Below are positions 25,927-36,197 of a stretch of DNA of 64,000 bases, in pieces. The notes under the pieces were generated by a model. The model had not been told where the DNA came from, did no database searches, and saw only the letters and a program-made list of their open reading frames with translations. A program made the position numbers and the translations under genes. The DNA comes from Candidatus Micrarchaeota archaeon CG1_02_47_40. Its GTDB lineage: Archaea > Micrarchaeota > Micrarchaeia > Anstonellales > CG1-02-47-40. The stretch covers positions 197,343 through 261,342 of the forward strand of contig MNVE01000016.1 of NCBI GenBank assembly GCA_001871475.1, written 5' to 3'. The first letter of the stretch is position 1; the number at the start of each line of letters is the position of its first letter.

Positions 25927-28434
25927 ATGGGAAAAATAAGAGTGGGAATAATAGGGGTGGGAAACTGTTTTGCAGGCTTGTATCAGGGAATTGAGTATTA
26001 CAGGCGGAATCCTGCAAAAAAGGTAATCGGGATAATGCACGAGAAGATGGGCGGCTATTCCTGCGAGGATTTGGAGTTTGTCTGCGCGTTTGATGTCGGG
26101 GAAAACAAGATAGGCAAGCCCCTGCACGAGGCGGTTTACTGCGAGCCGAACATGGTGCGCTGGCTGGAGGGGATGCCGCAGTCGCAATGTGTGGTTAGGG
26201 AAGCACCGGCGCTGGACGGGGTTGGGATTTGGGTGGCAAATAAAGTGAATCCCATAAAGAGCAAAAAAACTACGGAAGGGCTGAAAAGCGAGATACTGCA
26301 GGAAATTCGCAAAACCAAAACGGAAGTGCTTGTGAATTATCTTCCTGTCGGAAGCCAAAAGGCGACAGAGTTCTGGGCGGATATTGCACTGGAAGCAAAA
26401 TGCGCGTTTGTAAATTGCATGCCCGTATTCATCGCAAGCGGCAATGATGGATGGGGGGAAAAATTCGCAAAAGCAGGAGTGCCGATAATCGGGGATGACA
26501 TAAAGGGGTTGGTGGGCGCAACGATAGTGCACAGGACGCTTGCAAGGCTTTGTGATGAGAGGGGGACAAAGATTGAGAAAACTTATCAGATAAATGTTGG
26601 CGGCAACAGCGTAACCGGCGATCAGGAGATTCTGCTTTGGCACAATGGAAAAATGGTGAAAACAAAAATCGGAGATTTTGTTGACGGGCTTGTGGAAGTA
26701 TACGGACAAAAAAGAGGCGATGGAAAGGAAATTGTTGATTTGCGAACTGCTGGCCAGGATGTCAGATGCTTTACGATTGATGAAAACTTTAATGTCATTC
26801 TAAGCGAGGTTGCGGGGTTGATAAGGCACGGATTGTACGAGGAGCTCTACGAGATAGAAACGAATGAGGGAAGAAAGATAAAGATAACAAAGGACCATAA
26901 TGTTTTCGTGCTTAATGGCAAGGGAACGCTTGAAGAGGTTCCCGTGCGCATGCTGAAAGAAAAGGAGAGCATGATTGCGGTTCCGAAAGAGTTGAAACTG
27001 CCAAAAAGAGAGGAGGCGATGCGGGTAAGCCTTCTGCCGCATCTTAAAGAACTGTTTGCGCGCGGGATTGACACTGATGGAAATGTGATGGTGCATAATC
27101 ATCCGGAGATAAAAATACCTGTGGAATTTCCGATTAATGACGAACTTCTCCAGATTGCGGGGCTTTGGATTGCGGATGGCAACTTTGACAGAGAAGGCTC
27201 TGCCAACATAGAAATTGCGTGCGGCAACGATCCGGAATGCCTGGAATTGCTTGAAAACTTTGCATCGGCATATAACATAAACTGCAAGGTGCGCGGACAG
27301 AAGCAGGTTGCTGTCAGGATAATGTCCAAGACCATGACGAAGATATTCCGCCTCGCGCTTGGGCTTGGAGGCAACTGCTATTCAAAAAGGGCGCCGGAAT
27401 GGGCCTTTGACCTTTCTGAAAGACAGATTGCGCTTTTTCTGAGCGGCTATTTGAGCGGGGATGGATGTGTAACTGGGAAGCAAATAAGATGGACCACGGC
27501 ATCTGAAGGGCTTGCAGAGGACATCCGAACGCTGTTTCTTATGATTGGAATAAATTCCTCTGTTTTTAGGGAGGATTACGCAAACAAAAATGCGAAAGGA
27601 AGTTATAAAACGAATCTGGCTTACATCACTCACGGAATAATTTCCTCGAAGGAGGATATGGAATGTTTCGTTGAAAAGGTAGGTTTCATACAAAAATCAA
27701 AGAATATGGCGGCTTTGGATGCGTCGGCAAAATTGACGCGGGGAAGAACGCACCTTGTGCCTAAAACCGGGCTTCTTGGAAAATGGGGGATTAAATCAAA
27801 GGGATGGAACACCTTCGGCTCGCTTAGGGCGCACGTTATCGCTTCCCAACTGGATAAAATCAAGGATGAAAGAGAACGTGGCAGGATGTTTGCCATTTGC
27901 GAAGGAGGCACGCGCTTTCTGAAAATCAGGAGCATAAAAAAACTGGAAAGAAAGGCACAGCATGTCTATGATTTGAATGTGCCGGAATGCCAGCGTTTCA
28001 TATGCTCAAACATACTCGTTCATAATTCTGATTTTTTAAATATGAAGGAGCAGGAGAGGCTGGAAAGCAAGAAAATATCCAAAACGGAGTCGGTGCAAAG
28101 CCAGCTGAAGCAGAGATTGCCTGACCACGACATTTACGTCGGACCGAGCGATTTCATCCCATTTTTGGGGAATACGAAATTGATGTTCATGAGGATAGAG
28201 GGGCTCATGTGGGCGGAGAGGCCGTACAACATGGAAGTGCGCCTTGAGGTAGATGACAAGGCGAATTCCGCAGGTATTGTTATAGATGCAGTAAGGTGCG
28301 CGAAAATTGCGCTTGAGAGAAAAATTGGAGGCCCGATTGAAGCGGCGAGTGCTTATTTGATGAAGCATCCGCCGAAGCAATATTCTGACCCGCAAGCGAG
28401 GGAAATGCTTGAAGAGTTCATTAAGGGGGGTTGA
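25927..28434 (+). CDS. ino1: myo-inositol-1-phosphate synthase containing an intein
   Basis: GVGNC, NYLPVGS, GDDIK, YQINVGGN|SDFLNM, SKKISKT, DKANSAG. Confidence 0.95.
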   Translation: MGKIRVGIIGVGNCFAGLYQGIEYYRRNPAKKVIGIMHEKMGGYSCEDLEFVCAFDVGENKIGKPLHEAVYCEPNMVRWLEGMPQSQCVVREAPALDGVGIWVANKVNPIKSKKTTEGLKSEILQEIRKTKTEVLVNYLPVGSQKATEFWADIALEAKCAFVNCMPVFIASGNDGWGEKFAKAGVPIIGDDIKGLVGATIVHRTLARLCDERGTKIEKTYQINVGGNSVTGDQEILLWHNGKMVKTKIGDFVDGLVEVYGQKRGDGKEIVDLRTAGQDVRCFTIDENFNVILSEVAGLIRHGLYEELYEIETNEGRKIKITKDHNVFVLNGKGTLEEVPVRMLKEKESMIAVPKELKLPKREEAMRVSLLPHLKELFARGIDTDGNVMVHNHPEIKIPVEFPINDELLQIAGLWIADGNFDREGSANIEIACGNDPECLELLENFASAYNINCKVRGQKQVAVRIMSKTMTKIFRLALGLGGNCYSKRAPEWAFDLSERQIALFLSGYLSGDGCVTGKQIRWTTASEGLAEDIRTLFLMIGINSSVFREDYANKNAKGSYKTNLAYITHGIISSKEDMECFVEKVGFIQKSKNMAALDASAKLTRGRTHLVPKTGLLGKWGIKSKGWNTFGSLRAHVIASQLDKIKDERERGRMFAICEGGTRFLKIRSIKKLERKAQHVYDLNVPECQRFICSNILVHNSDFLNMKEQERLESKKISKTESVQSQLKQRLPDHDIYVGPSDFIPFLGNTKLMFMRIEGLMWAERPYNMEVRLEVDDKANSAGIVIDAVRCAKIALERKIGGPIEAASAYLMKHPPKQYSDPQAREMLEEFIKGG
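26608..28026 (+). mobile_element. 473-aa intein with LAGLIDADG endonuclease
   Basis: Starts SVTGD; block B ITKDHNVF; IAGLWIADG and FLSGYLSGDG; VYDLNV...ILVHN followed by Ser. Confidence 0.95.
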
Positions 28435-28593
28435 AGCCCTCAAGGGGAACACCGTGCAAGCAGGCTAAGTAAAATTTGTATTTACTCTGCTTTCACGGTG
28501 TTGGGGATGTGCCCCCCTTATGGGAATGAAGCATCCGCCGAAGCAATATTCTGACCCGCAAGCGAGGGAAATGCTTGAAGAGTTCATTAAGGG
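28360..28593 (+). repeat. Exact 68-bp direct repeat (28360-28427, 28526-28593) flanking a 98-bp foldback element
   Basis: ATGAAGCATCC...TTCATTAAGGG occurs twice; stems TAAGGGGGG/CCCCCCTTA and AACACCGTG/CACGGTGTT. Confidence 0.92.
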
Positions 28594-29232
28594 ATGAATC
28601 AATTAAGAGATGAGGAAATGTTAAAGGAAATTGCACTTGGCAGAAAGATGTCGGAATGCGCAGGGGAGTTTTTTGCGCGCTTCCCGCTTTCTCCGAACCA
28701 ATGGACGCTTCTGTCCGTGCTTCTTGCGCTTGGCGGTTTTTTTGCTCTTTTGGGAAGGAATGTGACTTTTGCCGCTGCTTTTTTTCTCCTCTCTTTTTTC
28801 TGCGATTTGGTGGATGGCGCGGTAGCAAGAAAAAGGGGGGAAAAAACTAAGTTTGGCGCGTATCTTGACGGGATGTGTGATAGATATGTTGAGTTTTTGC
28901 TTCTTTTTGGGATGCTGTTTTACCCTCTTCCTGCATTTCTCCTGCCGACTTATGCCTGGCTTTTTCTCATTCTCTTTTTCGGAACGTGCATGACTGCCTT
29001 TGCAAAGGCGTATGCAAGCCATAGGGGCGCAATGGAGAGGGAAAAAGTAGATGCGATGAGCAGTGTTTTTCAGAGAAGCGAGAGGGGGTTTGTGCTTTTT
29101 TTGGCGCTTGTGATGCTTGCGTTTGATGCGCAGTTTGCAGTTTATCTTCTTGTGCTTGCCGCAGTTCTCTCAGCAATTGCAGTGGCGCAGATAATTTTGA
29201 AAGTGAAACGGGAAAATGCAGAGAAAGATTAG
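28594..29232 (+). CDS. CDP-alcohol phosphatidyltransferase (probable archaetidylinositol phosphate synthase)
   Basis: SPNQWT, DLVDGAVAR...GAYLDGMCD; adjacent to ino1. Confidence 0.88.
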   Translation: MNQLRDEEMLKEIALGRKMSECAGEFFARFPLSPNQWTLLSVLLALGGFFALLGRNVTFAAAFFLLSFFCDLVDGAVARKRGEKTKFGAYLDGMCDRYVEFLLLFGMLFYPLPAFLLPTYAWLFLILFFGTCMTAFAKAYASHRGAMEREKVDAMSSVFQRSERGFVLFLALVMLAFDAQFAVYLLVLAAVLSAIAVAQIILKVKRENAEKD

Positions 29233-29274
29233 CGTGCTTTTTTTGAAAGTGAAATGGGAAAATACAAAAAAAGA

Positions 29275-30567
29275 TTAGCCTGCCTTTTGCCGCAACGCTG
29301 ACCTTCCCTTGGAAGTGATGCGGTAGAATACGAACTTCCTTCCCGGCTTTTCTATTTTCTCAACCAGGCCTGCCTGCACGAGGCGCTCAAGGTGCTCTGC
29401 AATCGTCGCCTTGCTTTTATCAAGCTTTGAGGAGAGGTCTGTAGGTATTTTTTCAACCTCTGAAAGCTCGGAGAGTATCCCCACGCGGGTTTCGTTTGAG
29501 AGCGCCTTGTGCACGTCGTAATCCATCATTTGGGGGCGGAAAAAAATCTGGTATATTATGAGCGCGAATGCACTGAAAAAAACAGCTCCTATGGCAAGCG
29601 CGGCTATTGTGCCGCTGATGAGCGCGGAATCATCTCCGCTCGGTTTTGTTTGGTTGGCATAGCCGCCGGAAGAATCTCCTGTGCCTTCAGGAGGAGTGGC
29701 TGCGCCAGTATTTCCGACTTGCAGTGTGCTGCCTGATTGTTTCATCCCTTCCCCAAGCGTGCCTTGGGTGCTCGTTAGCGCCGCAGTTCCCGTCTGTATT
29801 CCTATCCAGTTTCCATCAGGGCTTGCCTGGTAGGTGGCGCTCGCCCCGCTGCCAAGAGTGCTTTCAAGAACCTGTGCGACAATCTGCGCACTTTCCTGAC
29901 TCATTCCCGAACCGGAAGAACCCTGCGGAGGGGAAGGTGGAAGCTGCGTGCCTGATGTTTGTGATGTGGAAGTGCCACCGGTTGTTTGTGAATCTGATGT
30001 TTGTTCACTTGACGTTCCTTGCGGCGCTTGTGTGGTACCTGCACCCTGCGCTGCCCCTTCAGAACCGCCCGCGTATACTACTATGTCGCTGCCCCCGTCA
30101 AGCATGTCTTTTATAGATTGTATTTCGCTTCTCTCAAGCTTTTCAAATACCCCCCATTTTGAGATTGTTGAAAGCTCTTCTGCAATTGCGATTGTGAGCT
30201 TTTGCCTTGGGGTTCCTTGCGGGTAAGTGATTCTTACGAATCCGCCTTTTTGATTTTTCCCAACTGAAATGAAAACCCCGCTTAAGGAGGCGCTTTCATA
30301 TGCTACGCCGTATTCCCCTATTTCGGGCGCGTAAAGAAGGCTCATTTCCCTGCCGGTTAATTTTTCCGCCAGTGCGAGCTTCTCATCCAGCGCTTCCGGC
30401 GGGAGCCCTTTGAGGGAATCAACGTATGCGCTTAGGGGCTGGTTGAGTTTCCCTCCGAAATAAATTGAAATTTGCGCATTTTGCTGCGTCGCCCCTTCTG
30501 TTTGCTGGGCAAAAAGAAAGGAAAAAAGCAGTGAGAACGTGAATATGAATGCAAGGAATTTTCCCAT
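29275..30567 (-). CDS. Single-pass membrane protein with extracellular S/T/G/Q-rich region and cytoplasmic ArsR-type wHTH
   Basis: Signal peptide, low-complexity linker, TM, KALSNETRVGIL...SKATIAEHLERLVQAGLV. Confidence 0.8.
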   Translation of the reverse strand: MGKFLAFIFTFSLLFSFLFAQQTEGATQQNAQISIYFGGKLNQPLSAYVDSLKGLPPEALDEKLALAEKLTGREMSLLYAPEIGEYGVAYESASLSGVFISVGKNQKGGFVRITYPQGTPRQKLTIAIAEELSTISKWGVFEKLERSEIQSIKDMLDGGSDIVVYAGGSEGAAQGAGTTQAPQGTSSEQTSDSQTTGGTSTSQTSGTQLPPSPPQGSSGSGMSQESAQIVAQVLESTLGSGASATYQASPDGNWIGIQTGTAALTSTQGTLGEGMKQSGSTLQVGNTGAATPPEGTGDSSGGYANQTKPSGDDSALISGTIAALAIGAVFFSAFALIIYQIFFRPQMMDYDVHKALSNETRVGILSELSEVEKIPTDLSSKLDKSKATIAEHLERLVQAGLVEKIEKPGRKFVFYRITSKGRSALRQKAG

Positions 30568-30632
30568 GTAAAAAGTCTGTTTTTTGTGCTTTATAAACTG
30601 TTCGGGTTTTGTTCGGGAAACGCCATACTATG

Positions 30633-31835
30633 CTAGAGGTTCTCGTCAAGAACTTTGAGGAAAAGAGAAACGTCTGTAACTATCCCTATTGCCTGAGCGC
30701 TTCCCCTGTCTTTAAGCTTCACCACCGCAGCGGGATTTATGTCAACGCAAACCGTGATGGTGGAATCTGTCAGCATGTTGCCCACCCCTATTGAGTGCAG
30801 GGTGCTTGCAAGCATCAGGACAAGCTTCTTGCTCCGCACCGCCTCAAAGTATTTTTTTTGCGCTGCGCGCATGTCTGAAATGACTTCAGGCAGCGGCCCA
30901 TCGTCGCGAAGCGAGCCAGCCAATACATATGGAACGCCCTTCTTTTCGCACTCGTAGAATATGCCCGATTTCAAAACCCCGCTTTCATACGCCTTCTTTA
31001 TTGAGCCTGCGCGGTTTATGGCATTGATTGCGCGGAGGTGGTTGCTGTTCCCCTGCTGCAAAAACTGGCCGCTTTTATGGCACATTCCAAGCGTGGTTCC
31101 GAAAAGCGCCAGCTCAATGTCGTGCACTGCCGCCGCGTTTCCCGCGAGAATGAGGTCGCAGTATCCCTTTCTTATTATGCTTGAGAGGTGCCTGACTCCG
31201 CCCGTGTGGACTGCAACCGGGCCTATTATAAATGCGGTTTTTTCCTTTTTATTTTTCATTTCCTTCAGAAGGGATGCGACTTTTTTTATTTCAAGCTCCG
31301 TGTCCTTTTCGCTTGAAACATCGCTTTCCATGAATGAGAAGTCCGATTTTTGTGACACGCTGCTGGTTTGGGATTCTGCTCTTATGCCTTGTGTGCCAAC
31401 CACCACCATCTCCCCTTTCTTCACCTCGTTCTGCTTTTTGCAGAATGCTTCCCTTCCCCTCACCACTATGAGCTTGTCCATGCACAAATCCTGCACCGCC
31501 ACCCATTCGCCTTCTATGTTCAGAAATGTTTTCAGGTTGGTTGTGGAGTAAAAATCATCGGGTGCCACCTTATCCGCTGTTGCGGGAGAGAGGTGCGCCG
31601 GGGAGGAGAGTGGGAAGGTGGCGCCAAGCGCGCGCGCAGCCTTTGTTATTTTTGCGAGGTTCTCCCCGTCCGCGCTGATTGAAAGAAAAACATCAGAATA
31701 ATCCTCCTTCTTTTTACCTATCTGAACATGCTCTATTGAGAACTCTCCGCCGTGCTCATCCACAATATCAAGCAGTTTTGTAAGAAGCCCGGCGTCTATG
31801 AGATGCCCGGAGAGCTTTATCTTTTCCACAGCCAT
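30633..31835 (-). CDS. TIGR00300 / LOR-SDH family protein (archaeal ornithine cyclodeaminase-like)
   Basis: GHLID, FYSTTN, AGNAAAVHDIE, GSLRDDGPLP, MLASTLHSIGVGN. Confidence 0.88.
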   Translation of the reverse strand: MAVEKIKLSGHLIDAGLLTKLLDIVDEHGGEFSIEHVQIGKKKEDYSDVFLSISADGENLAKITKAARALGATFPLSSPAHLSPATADKVAPDDFYSTTNLKTFLNIEGEWVAVQDLCMDKLIVVRGREAFCKKQNEVKKGEMVVVGTQGIRAESQTSSVSQKSDFSFMESDVSSEKDTELEIKKVASLLKEMKNKKEKTAFIIGPVAVHTGGVRHLSSIIRKGYCDLILAGNAAAVHDIELALFGTTLGMCHKSGQFLQQGNSNHLRAINAINRAGSIKKAYESGVLKSGIFYECEKKGVPYVLAGSLRDDGPLPEVISDMRAAQKKYFEAVRSKKLVLMLASTLHSIGVGNMLTDSTITVCVDINPAAVVKLKDRGSAQAIGIVTDVSLFLKVLDENL

Positions 31836-31956
31836 ATTTTTCCCAAGCGGTTAATTGGCGCGGGGTAGTATATAAGCATTTTACTGGGAAGGGCAGGGAT
31901 TGCCAATAAGAAGGCGGAGGTAAAAATATTTAAAGCTGGCAGGGATAACTCAAGAC

Positions 31957-32145
31957 ATGGCAGATACAAAAATGAAAGCGCTTATGGCTATAGCGCGCCT
32001 GGTCATTGCGGCAATTGCGGGCGGGATGGTAGGGTACCTCCTTGACCAGAGCGAATGGCCGATGGATATTGTTGTTGGCGGGGGGATAATTTCGTTTGTG
32101 ATGGTATTCCTGCTGCTGACGAAGCTCAATAAAAGCGGGGATTAA
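31957..32145 (+). CDS. Small 2-TM membrane protein
   Basis: TATA about 24 nt upstream; two hydrophobic helices. Confidence 0.6.
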   Translation: MADTKMKALMAIARLVIAAIAGGMVGYLLDQSEWPMDIVVGGGIISFVMVFLLLTKLNKSGD

Positions 32146-32645
32146 GTTTTCCGCATCTGGCGCAGCATCTTCCTTATCTTCTTCTTCATGCTGATTGTTG
32201 CCTTTACCGCAACCACCCCTTTTTTCGGCTGCCCGTAGAGCACGCAGGAATTTTTTTTTGCAAAAAGGATTGCCGGGAGCGTCAGCAAATCTTCTTCCCC
32301 CTTCACCAAAATCGCGCGTTTCTTTCCCTTCTCAAGCGCGGCTTTTATTGCGCGGAGTGCTTCTGCTGAAATCGTCCCTGCCGTGTTTTTCACGCGCATG
32401 GGAGTTTTGAAATTCCCCTTTAGAAGGGAAATTGCCTTTTTTGCCGCCTTCTTTCTTTGTATGTGAAAATCAAAAACTGCCAAATTCGGCATTATCTTGT
32501 GCTTTAGGAGAAGGGCTGCCGTAGCATCCCCTACTGCCGCAATCGTCTTCTGCCTCCTTGCAAATTCAATGATAGTGCTGCCCCTCAGCAGTTTTCCAAG
32601 AGGTTTTTTCAGCATTTTTCGCAACGAGGGGGTGAGTTTTAGCAT
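32142..32645 (-). CDS. DUF359 GTP-dependent dephospho-CoA kinase
   Basis: LKKPLG, VGD, GEEDL, YGQP. Confidence 0.88.
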   Translation of the reverse strand: MLKLTPSLRKMLKKPLGKLLRGSTIIEFARRQKTIAAVGDATAALLLKHKIMPNLAVFDFHIQRKKAAKKAISLLKGNFKTPMRVKNTAGTISAEALRAIKAALEKGKKRAILVKGEEDLLTLPAILFAKKNSCVLYGQPKKGVVAVKATISMKKKIRKMLRQMRKT

Positions 32646-32766
32646 AAGGGAAGAGTAAGGGGGGGTAAATTAAAAGAATGCCTTTTTTAGGAATTTCGGA
32701 AAAAATGCGCGATAATTTTGTAAAAACGCAAAAGTATTTATAGTTTGGAGGGTAAATTACAAAAAT

Positions 32767-33807
32767 ATGGGGGAAAATAAGCTTGACGCGCTTGACAAGA
32801 GAATACTTTACGAGTTGGATGTTGATTCGCGCCAGCCGCTCTCGCGGCTTGCAAAAAAGATGCGCATGTCGGCGCAGAGGCTGGATTACCGGCTGAAGGT
32901 GCTTGAGAAAAGCGGGGTAATCATAAATTACTTCACCGTTATCGATTATCGGAAGCTTGGGCACTATCATTATTACGTGTACAACCTGCGCATCTACGGG
33001 CTTGGAACGACGGAGGAGGATGAGATGCTCAAAAAGCTGTCCGAGGTGCCGGAATGCACCCTCATTTTCAGGTGCGAAGGAAGATGGGACCTTCTTATCG
33101 GAACGGTTGCGAAAAGCGTTTTTGAGGCAAAGGAGAATTTCTCCCGATTCCTTGCGCCGTTCCGGGGGAAGATAGATGAAGGGACGACAATCATGCACAT
33201 AGGTGCGTACCATTACGGAAGCCGTTATCTGGTTGAGGGAGAATATAAGGAAGGCATGATTCGGACAAAATCCGAAAAGAAGGAGGAAAAATACGGGCTT
33301 ACAGGAGGGAGGATGGAGCCTGCCGACAGCGACGAGCTTGATGTGAAGATACTTAGGATACTCTCTTCAAACGCCCGCATGCCGACCATTGAGATTGCAA
33401 AGGCAGTTAATTCAACTCCTGAAACAGTTTCATACAGGATACGGGAGATGGAAAAGAAGGGAGTCATAAGATTCCACAGTGTGAATTTGAAGCACGGGCG
33501 CTACGGGCATAGCTATCACCGGATATATGTCAAGGTTGACAGGGGCTTTGTGAATGAGGAGGAGCTGATAGAATATATGAAGAGGTTTCCGAACCTGATA
33601 AGGCTCAATTTTCTTTTTGGCACCTATGACTTTTTGATTGACCTCGTGGTTGAGTCTGACGAGAAATTGAGGCTGATTTTCTCAACTATGAGGGAACATT
33701 ACAAGAACACGAATATGAGATTTGAGCCGTGCAGGATTTATACCAACTACAAGTTTGCCTATTTCCCGACGGATATGTTCATTGCGGGGAAGGCGAAAAA
33801 TCAGTAA
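32767..33807 (+). CDS. Tandem Lrp/AsnC transcriptional regulator
   Basis: Two HTH+RAM units (DKRILYEL..., DVKILRIL...). Confidence 0.9.
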   Translation: MGENKLDALDKRILYELDVDSRQPLSRLAKKMRMSAQRLDYRLKVLEKSGVIINYFTVIDYRKLGHYHYYVYNLRIYGLGTTEEDEMLKKLSEVPECTLIFRCEGRWDLLIGTVAKSVFEAKENFSRFLAPFRGKIDEGTTIMHIGAYHYGSRYLVEGEYKEGMIRTKSEKKEEKYGLTGGRMEPADSDELDVKILRILSSNARMPTIEIAKAVNSTPETVSYRIREMEKKGVIRFHSVNLKHGRYGHSYHRIYVKVDRGFVNEEELIEYMKRFPNLIRLNFLFGTYDFLIDLVVESDEKLRLIFSTMREHYKNTNMRFEPCRIYTNYKFAYFPTDMFIAGKAKNQ

Positions 33808-36107
33808 TACACTGCAAGCTCTACTGCTATTGGACCCTGTGTTGTCCTGTTGCTGAAGCAGATTGTACAGGGAGTTAAGTTTGTATTAAGCTTGAAATGT
33901 TCCTCGAGATTGACTGAGTTTGAAATGGGAGACGAACGCACAGTAATGCCGTTTTCAAAGCCATAGGTAACGCGCATGCCGTGCCTTGATTCCCCAAGGA
34001 AATCGGCATTGCCAACTAAACCGAGATTGGCGGAAGTCAGACTTAATGCCCCGCCTATTTTTATCTCTGGGGTCATCCTTGTCGGTTCTAAAATGAAAAT
34101 TGAATGCGAAAACGGTTGGATTTGCTCTTTCGCAACGAAACGCATTCCGCCGCTAAACGGAAGTTGAATGTATCCGAAGGGGAATGCGCTCTCCAGCAAT
34201 TTTTTCACGGAAGGCAAACCAGCATATTCGAGAATTCCGTCCGGGGGTTGGATTCCGAAGGAATTCTTGAATGCAAATGCATTGCATTCGGACATGAGTG
34301 AAAGAAGGTATTCTTCGCCTAAAAGTTCGTCTTTACAGCATATCCTGATTCCAAGACTGGAAAGTTTTTTTTGTCCGAAATCTTTTTCGATTGTTGCCAG
34401 TCGGTTCCGTATTCTTAAATCGGTTGGCGAGGTTTGTGCGATAATGGCTGATGAGCGGATTTTCGATTTCAAAAGCCCTGTTATTGCTTCGCTCCAGCTT
34501 TCCTTGCCGGGGGCAATGTCAGACAAAAACCCTTCGGAGATTATGCAACAGGAAATTTTATTCTTTTCAGTGACTAGTATGCCGGGTAGTGACTCGGAAT
34601 CCGTGACTTTGATTACCGCCATCCCTTCGATGTCCAGTTTTTGCAGAATTGTTTTTATGTGTGCATCCAACATTTCCGAGAACGGCCAGTCATTGTCAAT
34701 GACCAGAATTACTGTGTCGTGGTGGTTTTGTGTTGCGATATTTGGATAAAGCCCGGTTATCTGCCTTGTGGTGTCGACATCAAAAATGCGCTCTCCTGGC
34801 CGATTGGTAAAGTCGGAATATGCAAAATTCTTGAGCCCGTCGACAAGTGATGGAGGGAAGTAATTGAATATTTTGATTATTTTTGATTTTACTTCCGATG
34901 TAACGGACTTATCCTTTATTTTTTCGAAAAGGACTTCATAGATTTGTCGGTATTCGGAAGGCGGCAGTTTGTAATCGTGCATCCCCTCAAGGATGACCAG
35001 ATATGTGTCAAGAAGCGAATCTAGAATTCTGTCTTGCATCTTTAAACTCTCAAAAATTAAATCCCTTAACGGCTGGGAATTCGCAAAAACGAATCTAAGA
35101 AGCGCCGTTCTGATTGTTTCGTCTATGCGTTGGTTTGAGATTATCGAATTGGCGAATTCTGCTGGATTGGAGGTAAGAAAAGTTGAGAATGGCTTGCTTT
35201 TCAGCGTGCGCAGAACCGCTTCATAATTTCTGCCTCCGTTTCTCGAAAGGATGCCTAAAAGGCAGGTAGAAATGGATTTGATTGCGCCGGTATTGTCTTT
35301 AAATGGTGCGCAAAGGCGCAGAACAGCCTGCATAGCGGCTTCGCGCAACTCTTTGGAATCGTGTATGAGAAGTTCCATCAATAATAGTATGTCTGCACTT
35401 GTTCCAATTGAGGATAATGCGCCTATCGCGTATTTTGCAAGCGCAGTTCCCTTTGCCTGTCGGTCGATTATGTTTGTCATGAGTGCTATTCGTTCTGGTA
35501 TTGGAAGAGATTTGGTTCCAAGAATAGGGCAAAATCGCGATGCTATGTCTCTTTGTGCCTCCGCATCAGGTGCGTTTGCAATATGCGCAAGCCTAATCTT
35601 TGCATTTCGTATGCTCGCTGCGTATGCGCTAGTGTTTGGGTCTTCGGAACCAGTCAGGTAGAGAAGAAGGCTTTTTTCACCTTCTGCGCGCAGTTCAAGG
35701 CCGCGCTTTAGGGTTTCTCTTGAAGCCGTCCTGACATCTTCCTGCGGGAAATTTGAGAGTATCTCCAAAATCATTCCGGACGGAGCTTTTTGCCGGTTCA
35801 GCGCATCAATAAGCATGCTTACTGCCTGCGGATCGGTTTTCCCGATTTTTATTGCAAGAGAAACGGAGGCGGTAGAAACGTAGGTTCCCTCTTTGCTTTC
35901 GGGATGGTTAAGCCCTTTTATTAGTATGGGAACCGCGCCGCTCCCGAGGGTTATCATCTTGGAAAACGCATCTGAATTTCTGCTTTCAAGAAAAATCCCG
36001 TGTTTAAGCAGGGCCTGTTCAAGTTTTTTTATATTGGGGGGCGCCTTCCGGATACCAGTCAAACCTGGCTGGTCCTTGTGCTTTCCCGTATAACCGCATT
36101 CAAACAT
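33801..36107 (-). CDS. Large HEAT-repeat-like protein with possible degenerate receiver domain
   Basis: 768-aa ORF; AVPILIKGL / AIGALSSIG / LREAAMQA helices; VILVIDND segment. Confidence 0.6.
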   Translation of the reverse strand: MFECGYTGKHKDQPGLTGIRKAPPNIKKLEQALLKHGIFLESRNSDAFSKMITLGSGAVPILIKGLNHPESKEGTYVSTASVSLAIKIGKTDPQAVSMLIDALNRQKAPSGMILEILSNFPQEDVRTASRETLKRGLELRAEGEKSLLLYLTGSEDPNTSAYAASIRNAKIRLAHIANAPDAEAQRDIASRFCPILGTKSLPIPERIALMTNIIDRQAKGTALAKYAIGALSSIGTSADILLLMELLIHDSKELREAAMQAVLRLCAPFKDNTGAIKSISTCLLGILSRNGGRNYEAVLRTLKSKPFSTFLTSNPAEFANSIISNQRIDETIRTALLRFVFANSQPLRDLIFESLKMQDRILDSLLDTYLVILEGMHDYKLPPSEYRQIYEVLFEKIKDKSVTSEVKSKIIKIFNYFPPSLVDGLKNFAYSDFTNRPGERIFDVDTTRQITGLYPNIATQNHHDTVILVIDNDWPFSEMLDAHIKTILQKLDIEGMAVIKVTDSESLPGILVTEKNKISCCIISEGFLSDIAPGKESWSEAITGLLKSKIRSSAIIAQTSPTDLRIRNRLATIEKDFGQKKLSSLGIRICCKDELLGEEYLLSLMSECNAFAFKNSFGIQPPDGILEYAGLPSVKKLLESAFPFGYIQLPFSGGMRFVAKEQIQPFSHSIFILEPTRMTPEIKIGGALSLTSANLGLVGNADFLGESRHGMRVTYGFENGITVRSSPISNSVNLEEHFKLNTNLTPCTICFSNRTTQGPIAVELAVYY

Positions 36108-36197
36108 TTCTGATACCTCCTGAAAACCAGTCCTTAATTTGGCATTTTAAGTTTATAATACTGACCGACCATGTAAATTAATACTTTCTTACTAAAA

